From assembly GCF_001194135.2 (NCBI RefSeq), contig NC_068981.1, forward strand, positions 49,548,218 to 49,612,217: a DNA stretch of 64,000 nt, written 5' to 3'. Source of the DNA: Octopus bimaculoides. Its lineage: Eukaryota. Positions within the stretch are counted from its first letter, which is position 1, and each line of letters begins with the position of its first letter. Under the pieces are notes generated by a model that was not told the DNA's origin, searched no databases, and worked only from the letters and a program-made list of their open reading frames with translations. The position numbers were made by a program, and so were the translations under genes. Below are positions 29,995-41,499 of the stretch, in pieces.

Positions 29995-30149
29995 CGTAAA
30001 TAAATGTCGTCCAGCTGGAATGTAAGTATTCCTGAATAGGCATTTCTGATTCAATGAGCTTCGTCAGCAGCAAGTATGCACTGGCATCCACATTTTAACA
30101 AACCTCCGCTGTTACCGCTAAAGTAAAACCGTGGCAGTAAAATCGCTAA

Positions 30150-30460
30150 CGTTGCAGTCAGGTGATTATATGTGGTAGAAGTAGTTTTGGGTGAACTGGC
30201 ACGGATCCTCGTGAACGAGCTCGTTCAGTCGATCATTATTCACCTGCTGTAAATGTCTCCTGTAAAGTCGAGAAACTATGAGGTCGAATTTTCCATCCTC
30301 AAGTGTGAACGTTCTTCTCCAGTTGTTCCAGTGTTAACACCTCCATACTCAACAAAATTTTCTTCAATGGCTTCGGCAAATTTGATACAGCAGTGAAATC
30401 GAAGCAAGTCAGGTGTCGAAAATCTTAGATTCTATTCCGAACACGATCGCCATACATCTG
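30150..30460 (-). mobile_element. Mariner-family transposase N-terminal (HTH) fragment, decayed
   Basis: Minus 30246-30181 reads QVNNDRLNELVHEDPCQFTQNY (mariner EVDNDRLxELVExDPRQSTRELA-like), preceded by TGEERS..LEDGKFDL. Confidence 0.7.
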
Positions 30461-31829
30461 AAAAACGATGAAAGGCAGTCAAATTCAAAGGGTAAAACCA
30501 AAAGTTGTAGTGGAAGAATAGAGCTACAGAAATCATTAAATAGTACGATCAAATGTTTTTCGTTTTAAATTCAAAAGATGTAGGAATTAAATGAACGAAT
30601 TTATCTGACAGCCCAATGTATGTACGCGTGTGTGATTGTGTAAGCATATATATATATATGCATATATCTGTATATTTATACTTGTTTTGGATACAATTAT
30701 GCATATCTATAGAGGTATGTGTGTGAGTATATGTATATATTCATGCATATAAATATATATACATACATGCACATACGCACATACATATAAAAATACCTAG
30801 TCAGGTAAAGCGAATCTAGGTATGTAGCTATGTAGACTGCTAGCAATAAAACAGTTATACTTTTAACTTATTTTCAGTTTCGAGTCAAAGATTAAAGTAA
30901 AATAACATAGTTCGATTTATGAACAGATTCAGAAATATCCGAAGTTATCACCGAACTGAATTTTTATTATCAAGTTACTACCTTAATTCTATTAGAGTAA
31001 ATCCATCTATAAAGAAACTGTGTATATCTCGACACAAGACCAAAAGAATAACAATATCTTTAAACTTCACATTAAAATACAATGCTAGTGTTGTATAATC
31101 ACTCACAGAAAATTAAACTAAGTTGGAATGGAAAGTGTCCTTATGCAGAATGAACCATATCATGCCAGCCGAATTTTAAATTTGAATGACAAAAGCTATG
31201 AAAGAAACTCTAGTCTTATTTTCGGTTGTCAAAGTATTCAGAGTCATTGGATGAGAACATTTTTTCTCTTTTTACTAGACAACGGAGAAAGATTATATGT
31301 ATGTGGTGAAGGAATAACTAGGATGAAGACATCGGATCTTGTAATATTCTCGGGTTCAATACGGAAAAGAATTCTACTGAAAGTACCGTTACTAGATTTT
31401 GAAATATCTCTGTTCACTTTATTAGATTATATTGTATTGTAATAATAGGAATCTAGAAGCAGATCAACAAAAACATTTAAGCACAAGGATTGACGAATAA
31501 CATTAAATTCGGTTTGATTACCTCTGATGGTTGTTATTCAAACATAATATAGCTCACATTTATATGTATATATGTATATGTATACACCTGTATGCATATT
31601 ACAGAAAAGAGCAACGCATCAGTTCCTTACGGCTGTTTCTGTAAAGAGGCAACGAAATCCTCCATGCCATCTCTATCACTTCAGTGTTCTGTAGGGGTGC
31701 GCAGATAAAGTGTGGATGATGAGTGTGCTTCTAGACTTCTTCAGAGGGTCTAAGTGGTGAGGAGTGCTAATACATATAATAAACAGTTAACAATAGCTAC
31801 AGTATATTTGTCATTATTAAAAAGGGCAG

Positions 31830-32330
31830 TAAAAGAATAGGAGCAAACATGAGACTGTGCGAGAAGTACAACTTATCCAAATGAATTAGGTATAAGGATA
31901 GGAAATAAGCTACAAACTTACCGTGATGTATTTCTGGATCTATGTTACTTCGTCCAATGGTGGACAGGTGAGTATAGTCGTTCTTGGGATGAGTTTTTAT
32001 GAAGTGCGAATTTAGGCAGTAGTTCACATTATGTTTACATAGAAAATCACATTATGTTTGCATAGAAATATATTGGTGGATGTGGATAGAAATATATTGG
32101 TGGTCCGTGTTACTGAGGTGAGATTTCATATGTAAAGTACCAGCTAGTAGGTGCAACGTTGCGGTAGGTATGGTATAAACAGCCTATGATGGTGAACCCA
32201 TCATGGGAGAATTTGGTATATAAGTGTACTAATGAGAGTAAGGAACTAGGTGGTGACTAAAGTGCGGTGTTAGTGTTCGTTATTTTGTAGCCGATCAAGA
32301 AGTCTGAATCCCTATGTGTAGTGGGGTGGA
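31830..32330 (+). mobile_element. Decayed R4/Dong C-terminal (RLE) fragment
   Basis: Remnants RLCEKYNLSK, VSIVVLG, KYQLVGATLR*VW, EPIMGEFG and SAVL..IL parallel WKLCEKY / PDIVVL / EKYQDLARELRRIW / PIVIGALG / QKSALLGTAxIL. Multiple frameshifts. Confidence 0.45.
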
Positions 32331-32387
32331 GGTAATAGTCAGTCCTACAACCTACTTTGTCGGCGATTTTTTTTTTGAAAAACATGT

Positions 32388-32434
<47 letters not shown>

Positions 32435-33240
32435 NNNNNNNNNNNNNNNNNNNNNNNNNNNNNNNNNNNNNNNNNNNNNNNNNNNNNNNNNNNNNNNNNN
32501 NNNNNNNNNNNNNNNNNNNNNNNNNNNNNNNNNNNNNNNNNNNNNNNNNNNNNNNNNNNNNNNNNNNNNNNNNNNNNNNNNNNNNNNNNNNNNNNNNNNN
32601 NNNNNNNNNNNNNNNNNNNNNNNNNNNNNNNNNNNNNNNNNNNNNNNNNNNNNNNNNNNNNNNNNNNNNNNNNNNNNNNNNNNNNNNNNNNNNNNNNNNN
32701 NNNNNNNNNNNNNNNNNNNNTATATATATATATGTATGTATGTATTTTGATAGATAGATAGATAGATAGATATTCGTTATTTCTAACAAATCTAGTGGCA
32801 GCACTAAATTTAAATAGCGTTCTGTGTATTCTACTTGACAATGTAAATATATCATGAAAGCGTAAATTTGCTGCAGTATCCGACCTGTGATAATTTTTAT
32901 AGACACTGTGTGCTCAGAAACACAGAATATATTCGAACATTGGTAGTGGACGATAATCGGCCAGCAGTCGGTGAGAATACTAGATTCATATTTCTGCCTT
33001 GTTTTTTCTTTTTCTTTTTTCTTTTTTTTTTTGTTTTCGGCAACATATACGTATTTGCAGGTGCATAGTATGAGGAGAAACTTCGATATAGAGCAAGAGG
33101 GAAAAGTTTGGAAGTAAAACAATAGAAAGAAGAGTTGCATCCCTTTAGTTGGCATGTTTAATTCCAAATGAAATAATTTTAATAAATATAAAATTTCGGT
33201 CGACTTTCTTTGCCGAAATGAGGGCAGCCCATCCTCTCTT

Positions 33241-33247
33241 TATAAAG
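33241..33247 (+). promoter_or_regulatory. Possible TATA box upstream of the candidate UTR exon
   Basis: TATAAAG followed by an ATG-free stretch leading to the 33492 donor. TATA-like words are common in AT-rich DNA, so support is weak. Confidence 0.2.
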
Positions 33248-33431
33248 CAGGCAGTCTCACAAAATTCGGCCTTCTTTCCGCTGATTTATATTACACCAGC
33301 TACTTTAATTCTGGGTCCGACATAATTTAAATTTTGATTTCGACAAGCAGAAAAGGCACACATTTCTTTTGCATCTTCCTTTTTTGCATTCCACCTTGTG
33401 ATTTCCGTTCCGCTTTTTCTTTTGCCTATAG

Positions 33432-33492
33432 TTCTTTCTCTCTCGCTCTCTCGTAGACGTACGTTTTCCCCCATTTATTATCTGATCTGGAC
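33432..33492 (+). other. Candidate non-coding 5'-UTR exon of the 35.1-kb gene (5' boundary uncertain)
   Basis: Consensus donor AC|GTAAGTAT at 33492/33493. Polypyrimidine acceptors end at 33431 (TTTTCTTTTGCCTATAG) and 33456. There is no ATG between 33248 and 33492, and the next strong acceptor I noticed is the coding exon's at 35072. Confidence 0.35.
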
Positions 33493-35102
33493 GTAAGTAT
33501 GTCACCTAAAGGGAATCATGTTCTTTTAGATTTTTTCATTTTTTTTTTTTTTTTTTTTNNNNNNNNNNNNNNNNNNNNNNNNNNNNNNNNNNNNNNNNNN
33601 NNNNNNNNNNNNNNNNNNNNNNNNNNNNNNNNNNNNNNNNNNNNNNNNNNNNNNNNNNNNNNNNNNNNNNNNNNNNNNNNNNNNNNNNNNNNNNNNNNNN
33701 NNNNNNNNNNNNNNNNNNNNNNNNNNNNNNNNNNNNNNNNNNNNNNNNNNNNNNNNNNNNNNNNNNNNNNNNNNNNNNNNNNNNNNNNNNNNNNNNNNNN
33801 NNNNNNNNNNNNNNNNNNNNNNNNNNNNNNNNNNNNNNNNNNNNNNNNNNNNNNNNNNNNNNNNNNNNNNNNNNNNNNNNNNNNNNNNNNNNNNNNNNNN
33901 NNNNNNNNNNNNNNNNNNNNNNNNNNNNNNNNNNNNNNNNNNNNNNNNNNNNNNNNNNNNNNNNNNNNNNNNNNNNNNNNNNNNNNNNNNNNNNNNNNNN
34001 NNNNNNNNNNNNNNNNNNNNNNNNNNNNNNNNNNNNNATATATATATAGCATGGTTACATACGTGCATAAGTATTATGAGTGTTAGTGTGTGCTTCCTTA
34101 GGAATTGTTACATCTAATTTGAAATGTTGCAGATTCTGCGTCTAAAGTGACAGACTTACTATTTAGTTTAATAGTGTGCATATTATAATATTTATTAAAA
34201 TATTCAAACCAGTGTTTACTGAAATAAAATTATCTTTCTTCTAACGTTGCACTTAACACATATAAATTTTCCTTCCTACAAATCGGCAAACATACATTTA
34301 GCTTTATTTCAAGTATCACCGCATTCAGTGGTATACTAAGTCGAATCTTATCGCCGATTCATAACACTCAAACTTCTTTCAGCTGGTTGTATATAAAACA
34401 ACACAAACAGTGTCTTTAAAAATATATCTAAATTGAATTAACTTTTACTTTATAGCCATGGATTGTTCTCACTGGAAACGTTGAATACTGTGTTTATTAA
34501 TATTTCACTTGACAGGTTAAATGTAGCTACCTAAATTAAGTTTAATAATTCAACTGCTCTTAAGGTTACAAAGCTTGTTTGGAGAGATTTTATCACGGAC
34601 TCAGTCTAAAGCAGACGCAACGTTTAAATACTGCAGATGACCTTACAGAGGTCTAGCCTATACATATATGTATGTATATNNNNNNNNNNNNNNNNNNNNN
34701 NNNNNNNNNNNNNNNNNNNNNNNNNNNNNNNNNNNNNNNNNNNNNNNNNNNNNNNNNNNNNNNNNNNNNNNNNNNNNNNNNNNNNNNNNNNNNNNNNNNN
34801 NNNNNNNNNNNNNNNNNNNNNNNNNNNNNNNNNNNNNNNNNNNNNNNNNNNNNNNNNNNNNNNNNNNNNNNNNNNNNNNNNNNNNNNNNNNNNNNNNNNN
34901 TATATATATCCTAAACCGTTATATGCAATAACAGTTTTGGGATAGTTTGTAAGACACTTGTTGTTTACTAATGTATTTTTAGAATTTTTTTTTATTCTTA
35001 TACATTACACAACTTTGTTAATGCTATATGACGCACTCTGAATAATATTTATATTTCTTTTTCTTTTTACAGAAAGTGCCTGTCACTAAGGTTGTTAATC
35101 GG

Positions 35103-36325
35103 ATGCGTGTTCCCATGACGACGAAGGCTTTTGAAGTGCTATTATGGCTACAAACTGGCCTCGTTCTAGCCGTGGCAGTTGTGCTGCGGGTGACGTCGGC
35201 CGAATGCAAATTCCCCAGTTTTATGCACACGGAGCAGAATGCTTGGGTACGAGGTTACGAAAAAGGTGACCGATTTGTGGCGTACTTTCAAGATGGTATT
35301 ATGAAAGCCAGTAGTTGTCGCGATCGACAATGTACACGATACGAAAGAAAATGTATAGAAGAGTTCCCTAACGGTAAATATATAGCATCTCACATAGAAA
35401 TTGCTCATTCGACCAGTTATGTTTGTATGGAATTCTTGCGTCGAGGTGAAATCATTGTTCAGCTAAAACAATCAGAAATATCTAAAACGAATTATCCAGA
35501 ACTTTGTAATACGTTAATGTTAGATATGTGGCCATTAGTACTGCTAGAAAAACTACTTGAGCACAAAGTTAGCTGCCCATTCTCAGGGGGTTACAATTTA
35601 CAAATGTTTGATAGCAGTGGGTCTGCGCTATGCCGTGAAGAAATAGTTCCTATTAGGCTTGAAAGTGAATGTGAATCTGGAGAAGGTATGATGATTCATT
35701 TTAGAACGAAGGCTTGTATACACAAAGATTTAAATATGGAAGTAAAACAGAAATTATATTGTCTTGCACATTGGAATGAAGGCCCGTTCAGATTCATCAT
35801 TCTTCGAGAAAAAAATCGACGCGACCATATCTGGTCTCTACGAGTAAAAGAGCCTGTTAATGAAATCAAAACCGCAGCTTTATTCATGGTGCCTGTCTGT
35901 GACACTGGGGAAGAAATTACTCAAACGAAAATGTATCTGGAATTGAAACTTGATAAGTATGTGGTGTCAACAACCTGCGCCGACGAGTTCAAAGATTGTG
36001 CACAATACGTGCAGTTTTGTGATTCAGGGTATCGCCAACATTGCTCAAATTCATGTCGAGACTGTCGTCAAGACGTAATTAAATTATGTCCGTTTTCTGA
36101 GCGCTTGCGTAGCACTTGGGTGCAAAGCATGAAAAAAAATAAGCAACTCTCCATAAATATCACACATTACCAAATCTCTATTCAAACTCTTGGGATGTTT
36201 CACTGTCTAGTTGCCAAAGGTAAAAGTACACCAGATAGTGATGTTCTTTTACAATTGTTCCAGAATGGATGTTACCCAAGATACACATGTCTTCAAATTG
36301 AGAAAACAGCACCGTCAGTTATAAG
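35103..36325 (+). CDS. First coding exon of a secreted/extracellular Cys-rich repeat protein (signal peptide + APCDD1-like/DUF704x-like beta modules + ShKT-like motif); gene continues 3'
   Basis: 417-codon stop-free, non-repetitive frame (35076-36329). A strong acceptor TTTCTTTTTCTTTTTACAG precedes 35073. The first in-frame ATG at 35103 (alternative 35115) is followed by hydrophobic VLLWLQTGLVLAVAVVLRVTSA|EC, i.e. signal-peptide-like. The donor AG|GTAAAT follows 36325 (phase 2). Modules start with CKFP (35205), CPFSGGY (35574) and CPFS (36087). Family assignment is by eye only. Confidence 0.85.
35976..36065 (+). other. ShKT (ShK-toxin-like) six-cysteine motif within the CDS
   Basis: CADEFKDCAQYVQFCDSGYRQHCSNSCRDC = C-x6-C-x6-C-x7-C-x3-C-x2-C, with the C-x-D start and the terminal C-x3-C-x2-C typical of ShKT domains. 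Confidence 0.7.
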
Positions 36326-36894
36326 GTAAATATTCATTTCTGTTTCACTCATTGACATAAATGTCTACTATGAAAATGATTACACATTTAATTTAAATAT
36401 TTGTCCTAAACATAATAAATACTCCTAATAAGAAAAATAGCAAAAATAACAGCAGTAATAAAATATAATTACTGTAATTAATATCATTTTGATAACTTAC
36501 ATACGAATTTCGGAAACTAATGACGACACCCACAAATTTCGTGGCAACCTTAACTTTTGTACTAGAATGGGCCTTATGTTATCATCTTCAGAAATCAGAA
36601 AACAAATTAAGCATGTGTACTTATCGATAATAATAAGAAGAAGAACTACCCATGAGGATCCCACGGTTATTTTGAAAATTGTATGATGAAATTGGATATT
36701 TTTCTGAAAGATTTGATTGTTATGAAGATGTGAAAATCCTCATAAACAGCACTGATGGGTAAATCAGTCAACCAATTAATCAATCAATCAATCAATCAGT
36801 CAGTCAATATGTTTATATGTCTCCCCATCACTCTATTTGTCTGTCTATCTACCTACACATCTAACTATTAGTCTATCTACCTACCTAGATGTAT

Positions 36895-36962
36895 ATCTAC
36901 CTACCTACCTACCTACCTACCTACCTACCTACCTACCTACCTACCTACCTACCTACCTACCT
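36895..36962 (+). repeat. (CTAC)n microsatellite
   Basis: Direct reading. Confidence 0.9.
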
Positions 36963-37249
36963 GCGTACCTATCTATCATCCTAGCTACCTATCTCTTAGT
37001 CTCTAATAATATAGATCTTCTCTTTCGCGATTTCCTTTTCTATTCCCGTTTCTTTCTGTGTTTCCCTTTCTCCACTTCATTTCATTTTCTTTATATATAT
37101 ATATCTTTTCATTCGAATCATAACTTCCCTTGGTGACGTAAGTGAAATACACGTAAAATAACAGGCAAGATTAACTGAATAATGTTGCCATAAACTCTTC
37201 TCTTCTACGTGACGACACGTAGTTGTATATAGTTTTTCTTGCTTTTATG

Positions 37250-40200
37250 TTACACGGCATTGAAGTTCTAATCTGCTAAATTGAGCATCTTGTAGCATCT
37301 CACTCCGGGGTCTGACAACTAATTTTAATCTCTTGCAGTTTAGGGCCTTTATGCACTTAAACAATACTCTTTCTACTTTCGTATTGAAGACATCTTTGGG
37401 TGTTTTGTAGAAATAAAGATGATTTCTGCACAATATTTAACCTCAACAATTTAAGATCAATCTTCACAAAGTTTAATTTCAGACTGGTTTTCAGACTTCT
37501 TTTTAGGAAGGCTCAAAAATAACCGGCAGGTACATGAATTGTCTAATGTCTTGTTTCCGAAATTTCATACCTCAGCTTGGTATAATACTCTGCTTCTTGA
37601 TTACAGTATCAGATGATCATGACACTCTAATTACAGACTCAACAATTTTATCACCATCTTTACTGTCCGGACTTTATTTCAATCTTCTCCTTCCAGTTTA
37701 TATAAAAAAGCTCCATAAACTTGTTTTATCGTTTTCTGTGCATGCACAACGAAACCTCTTACAAAAATCTTATAGCAACAGTATTAGCATACCTAAGCAT
37801 TTGTACTGATTTGGGTCTAACTGTAGTTCCTCTGATGCAAGATGAGCTATAATATCATTTCTATTATCGTACATTCTAAAATGCTATATATCATTCTCTG
37901 AATCTAATTTACGTTTCAGTTTATTTTCTATGACGCTGTAATAATTTCCTTCATCTCTTCCTTCAAGAGTCCTCTCTTTAAACAAACTCATCTAGACGTG
38001 TGACACATTATCGCATGCATTTTTAAAACACACTGAATGGAGAAAATTTACTTGGAAGTTTTGTTTCTTTTTCGCTTCATGTCACTATTTATTTTAATTT
38101 GATCTCATTAACACTAATTATATCACTAATTATCATCTCTTGAAGAATGACTGGGTAATGTTTTCTCTAGAACTTCAGAATTTATATTAGTAAACCCTTG
38201 TTTCTCTCTCTCTCTCTTTGTCGCTTACTCTCTGCTTTTTCTAGTATAAACGGATTACAATGGATTACGGTTGCCTATTCCTGTGGAGTGTAAATATTGT
38301 TATCATCGGCTTTTTATTTTTATTCTTAAATTCTTCATTTTGCCTCTCAGTGTTTCCTCTTCACTATTTTATAAGGGGTTATACATCGCTTGTAAATTAC
38401 TGGCAAATCCATTTGCATTTTAATCAAAGGTTGTACAAAATGATAGTTTACCAAGGACGTCTTGTATTTAAACAATTTTGCTTTTGTCATCTGCTAGTAA
38501 TCCGAGATACACTCATTTCAGGATTTAATATTCGAGGCATTATCTAGATCCATTTCAGTAATGATGTTTCCTGCTTCATTTCTGTCAAAGAAATTTTCTA
38601 ATTTTCAAATGTCATCCCGATTTCTCTATAGATATTCTTACAGAAAATCTAGTTGATAATTGTACTTTCCATAAAGTTTAAATTTCTCATGAAAAAAGAT
38701 TTATTTTTCCTGAGTAAATGTCGTTCCTTAGCTTGTTAAGAATAATTGTCAAATTTGTTAGACACTGTAAATAGGCTAACTGTACTGTCCGATGTTGAAA
38801 TGCAGTTTCTAACAGACATAGCATTTTCTTCGAGATCTTGAAGATTTCTGGACAAAACGTGATTCATACACCTTCCTTTTATCGATCCTCACAGTCTATG
38901 AATTAGTCGTTCTACATCTTCCACTTATTCAGACTATCTTATCGATCTTTAATTGGCTTTTCGTATATTTCCTCATTTTCAGACGCTTTTTTGTGTCCAT
39001 CACACATTGAATATATCATATATACATATTAGCATATCTTTTTCCACAATGTTCACAGTTAAGAGATTTTACACAAGGTATCCACCCGGAACTAGTCGGA
39101 GATATCAAGCAACGTTTCTTTTCTATTTGTCTTACAATAGCAGGCAATCACATTGTTACATCATATGTTGAAATACACTCATTTAGATTTATCAATATGT
39201 TTCACAGAAATTTGTTATATTCTTTCAGTCCGTAACCATGGAAAAAGTATGGTTCAGTTACATTTCTTATTACTACCTATCTGATACCGCTTTCATATAT
39301 TTGCTTTCATAATGGTAAAAGCCATCTGCGCATCAACATATTCATCGTAATTTTCTACTTCGTTTACCAACTATATTTTATCAGCGCATCTGGCATGCTT
39401 TCCTCAACTACGCTTCCACGCCAGTTCCTGTCTTCAACATTCCAAATTACGTCATCAATTTTCTTATTTCTTACATGCCCATCAAATAAATCACTCCGCT
39501 CCGATTGAAGAAACGCTTTTGATAGTAGAAATGGATGATTTTAATGCTTTTAGTTCGAATAACGTCGGCCACAAATTTTGTTTTCTCCCTCCTGTTAAAG
39601 TAAACCTATCACAAAATTGATGTTGCTCGCACACGATGTTTTAGTGTTTCGATAACTGTTTTGAACCCTCTTTCCTATCTGGGATTTATGTCTTAGATAT
39701 GCCCTTGCACCTTTTTAGCATTTTTCCATAGCCCTTTGGACCATTCTTCTATGCAGCGCAAATATTTACGTAATGTTTTAATATCCGTCTGCTTTCCTCT
39801 ATTTCTTTCCAAACACTTCACCTACTAAAATTGAAGCGGATCTGACCAAGTCCCTTGTTTCCGTTACATCTTTTAGCCCATTCTTCTATGCGACGCAAGT
39901 CTTAACGCAAAGTGTTAATATTGCCCTCAGTTCTCCGCTTCCATCATGCCCTCTGATTTCCTCATTCTGCCCTCTGATTTCCTCTTTTTCATTCCAACCA
40001 GTTCACCTACTAAAATTGAAACAGATCTGATCAAGTCCCTTGCCTCAGTTCGATCTTTTGTTAAAATGTATTTCAGAATCTCATCAACTTTTTGGGTCAC
40101 GCGTTTCACATTGTAGCAGTCGAAGCTTCTCAAATTCACCGGCTTGCTCTCTGTTCTTGTAACTATTATAGCATCGAGTTTTATCCAGAGCTTTCTCTAA

Positions 40201-40975
40201 TTCTGAGTCATATCTTCTCGTAATTCAGTTGTCCCCACATTATATTGATTGGCCGACCGTTCCTCAATTACATCTTCTCCTTGCTTACGCATTCGCTGTT
40301 CTACACCTACATTATCCACTTCAAGGTTATTATCACTACGGAGGATTTTCCTGATTGTCTGAATTTGGCATTCATTGAGAAAGCCTCTATTCAGTACTAT
40401 TCTTGTGTGATTCATGAGCCCATTTTCAGTAATCTGGAACATACACAGCAATTTCCAAAGTTCTAATAATTTTTTTCCCACAGCTCAATATTTCTCTTTG
40501 TCGTTGTCTACCAAGCCTTGCTCACAGCACTTAATCGCCTTTTTGTTCATATAAACAGACCACTGGCGTTTGCGAGCATGTTGCATAATTCGACCAGTTA
40601 AAGGACTACGACTGGATGGAATCTGATCTTCCAATCTACTGCCCTCTGAGGGGCACCTGCCAGGTGCGGTAGATTTGGTGTCTTGGACATCAAGAGTAGT
40701 CATCCCGTGCGTGACGTCATTTGGGTTGAAATTGTCAATATTGCAAATAATGAGAATGATTTTACAGGATTTGCTCCTTGGATGTGTTTATCTGAGATTT
40801 TCATGTAAAGGGCTACCCTAAATACAATACCAGCTCCAATTTGGCTGCCGACCAAGGCTTTGGGACGCCAAGTTCGACCTTTGTAAATTGCCATAGGCCT
40901 CTCTGAGACGCAGAGGTTACAGCGGCCTATTTTGGGCATGGGTGGCACCAGTTTCACATGGGCAGCCGCATAGAG
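37250..40975 (-). mobile_element. Near-full-length, heavily decayed R4/Dong-clade LINE
   Basis: Minus-strand fragments occur in the expected order: RKRQWSVYMNKKAIKC..GKKLLELWK..MFQITENGLMNHTRIV (40.2-40.6 kb); ILKYILTKDRTEARDLIRSVSILVGELVG (40.0 kb); RIDKRKVYE, CLTNLTIILNKLR and FMEKFKLYGK (RT, 38.5-38.9 kb); GLLKEEMKEIITAS and FRMYDNRNDIIAHLAS (decayed zinc knuckle, 37.8-38.0 kb). Many stops and frameshifts. Confidence 0.78.
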
Positions 40976-41264
40976 AACTACACTATCTTAACTGTCCTTA
41001 TTCTGCGGTGTAAGGTGTGATTTGAAAGAGATGTAACTACTCTTTCTATAATGCCAAATGACTTCTCAGAGAGTCCATTGCTAACTTGAAATCTTCGGTG
41101 GACAAATTCAGCATATGAAAACTCAATACGTTGCTTTTGTCCTTACTCCTATAGCTAAGGTGTTTTTATCGTTGTTTTTGTGACTAGCTATGTTCACTAG
41201 TCACAGGATCCGAGTGTGGTGGGTTGGTTGGCTGGCTGGCTGGTGTTACTTCCTGTGTTATTGA

Positions 41265-41326
41265 TGTTGTTGCAGTTGTTGTTGCTGTTGTAAATGTTGC
41301 TGTTGTTGCTGTTGTTGTTGTTGTTG

Positions 41327-41379
<53 letters not shown>

Positions 41380-41460
41380 TATCTCCTTCCCGAAACGGCT
41401 GGCGTCGTTCCAAAGTTTGAAACTATTGTTGTTGTTGTCGTTGTTGTTGTCATCACCGTT
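41265..41460 (+). repeat. (GTT)n/(ATT)n compound microsatellite
   Basis: Direct reading. It lies ~350 bp beyond the 5' end of the antisense Dong fossil. Confidence 0.9.
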
Positions 41461-41499
41461 GTTCTTATTGTCCAACTGACCCTATGACCATACATAATA

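Noticed and set aside
41197-41487. Poly-N/poly-L/poly-V ORFs
   Set aside because: These are translations of (ATT)n/(GTT)n repeats.
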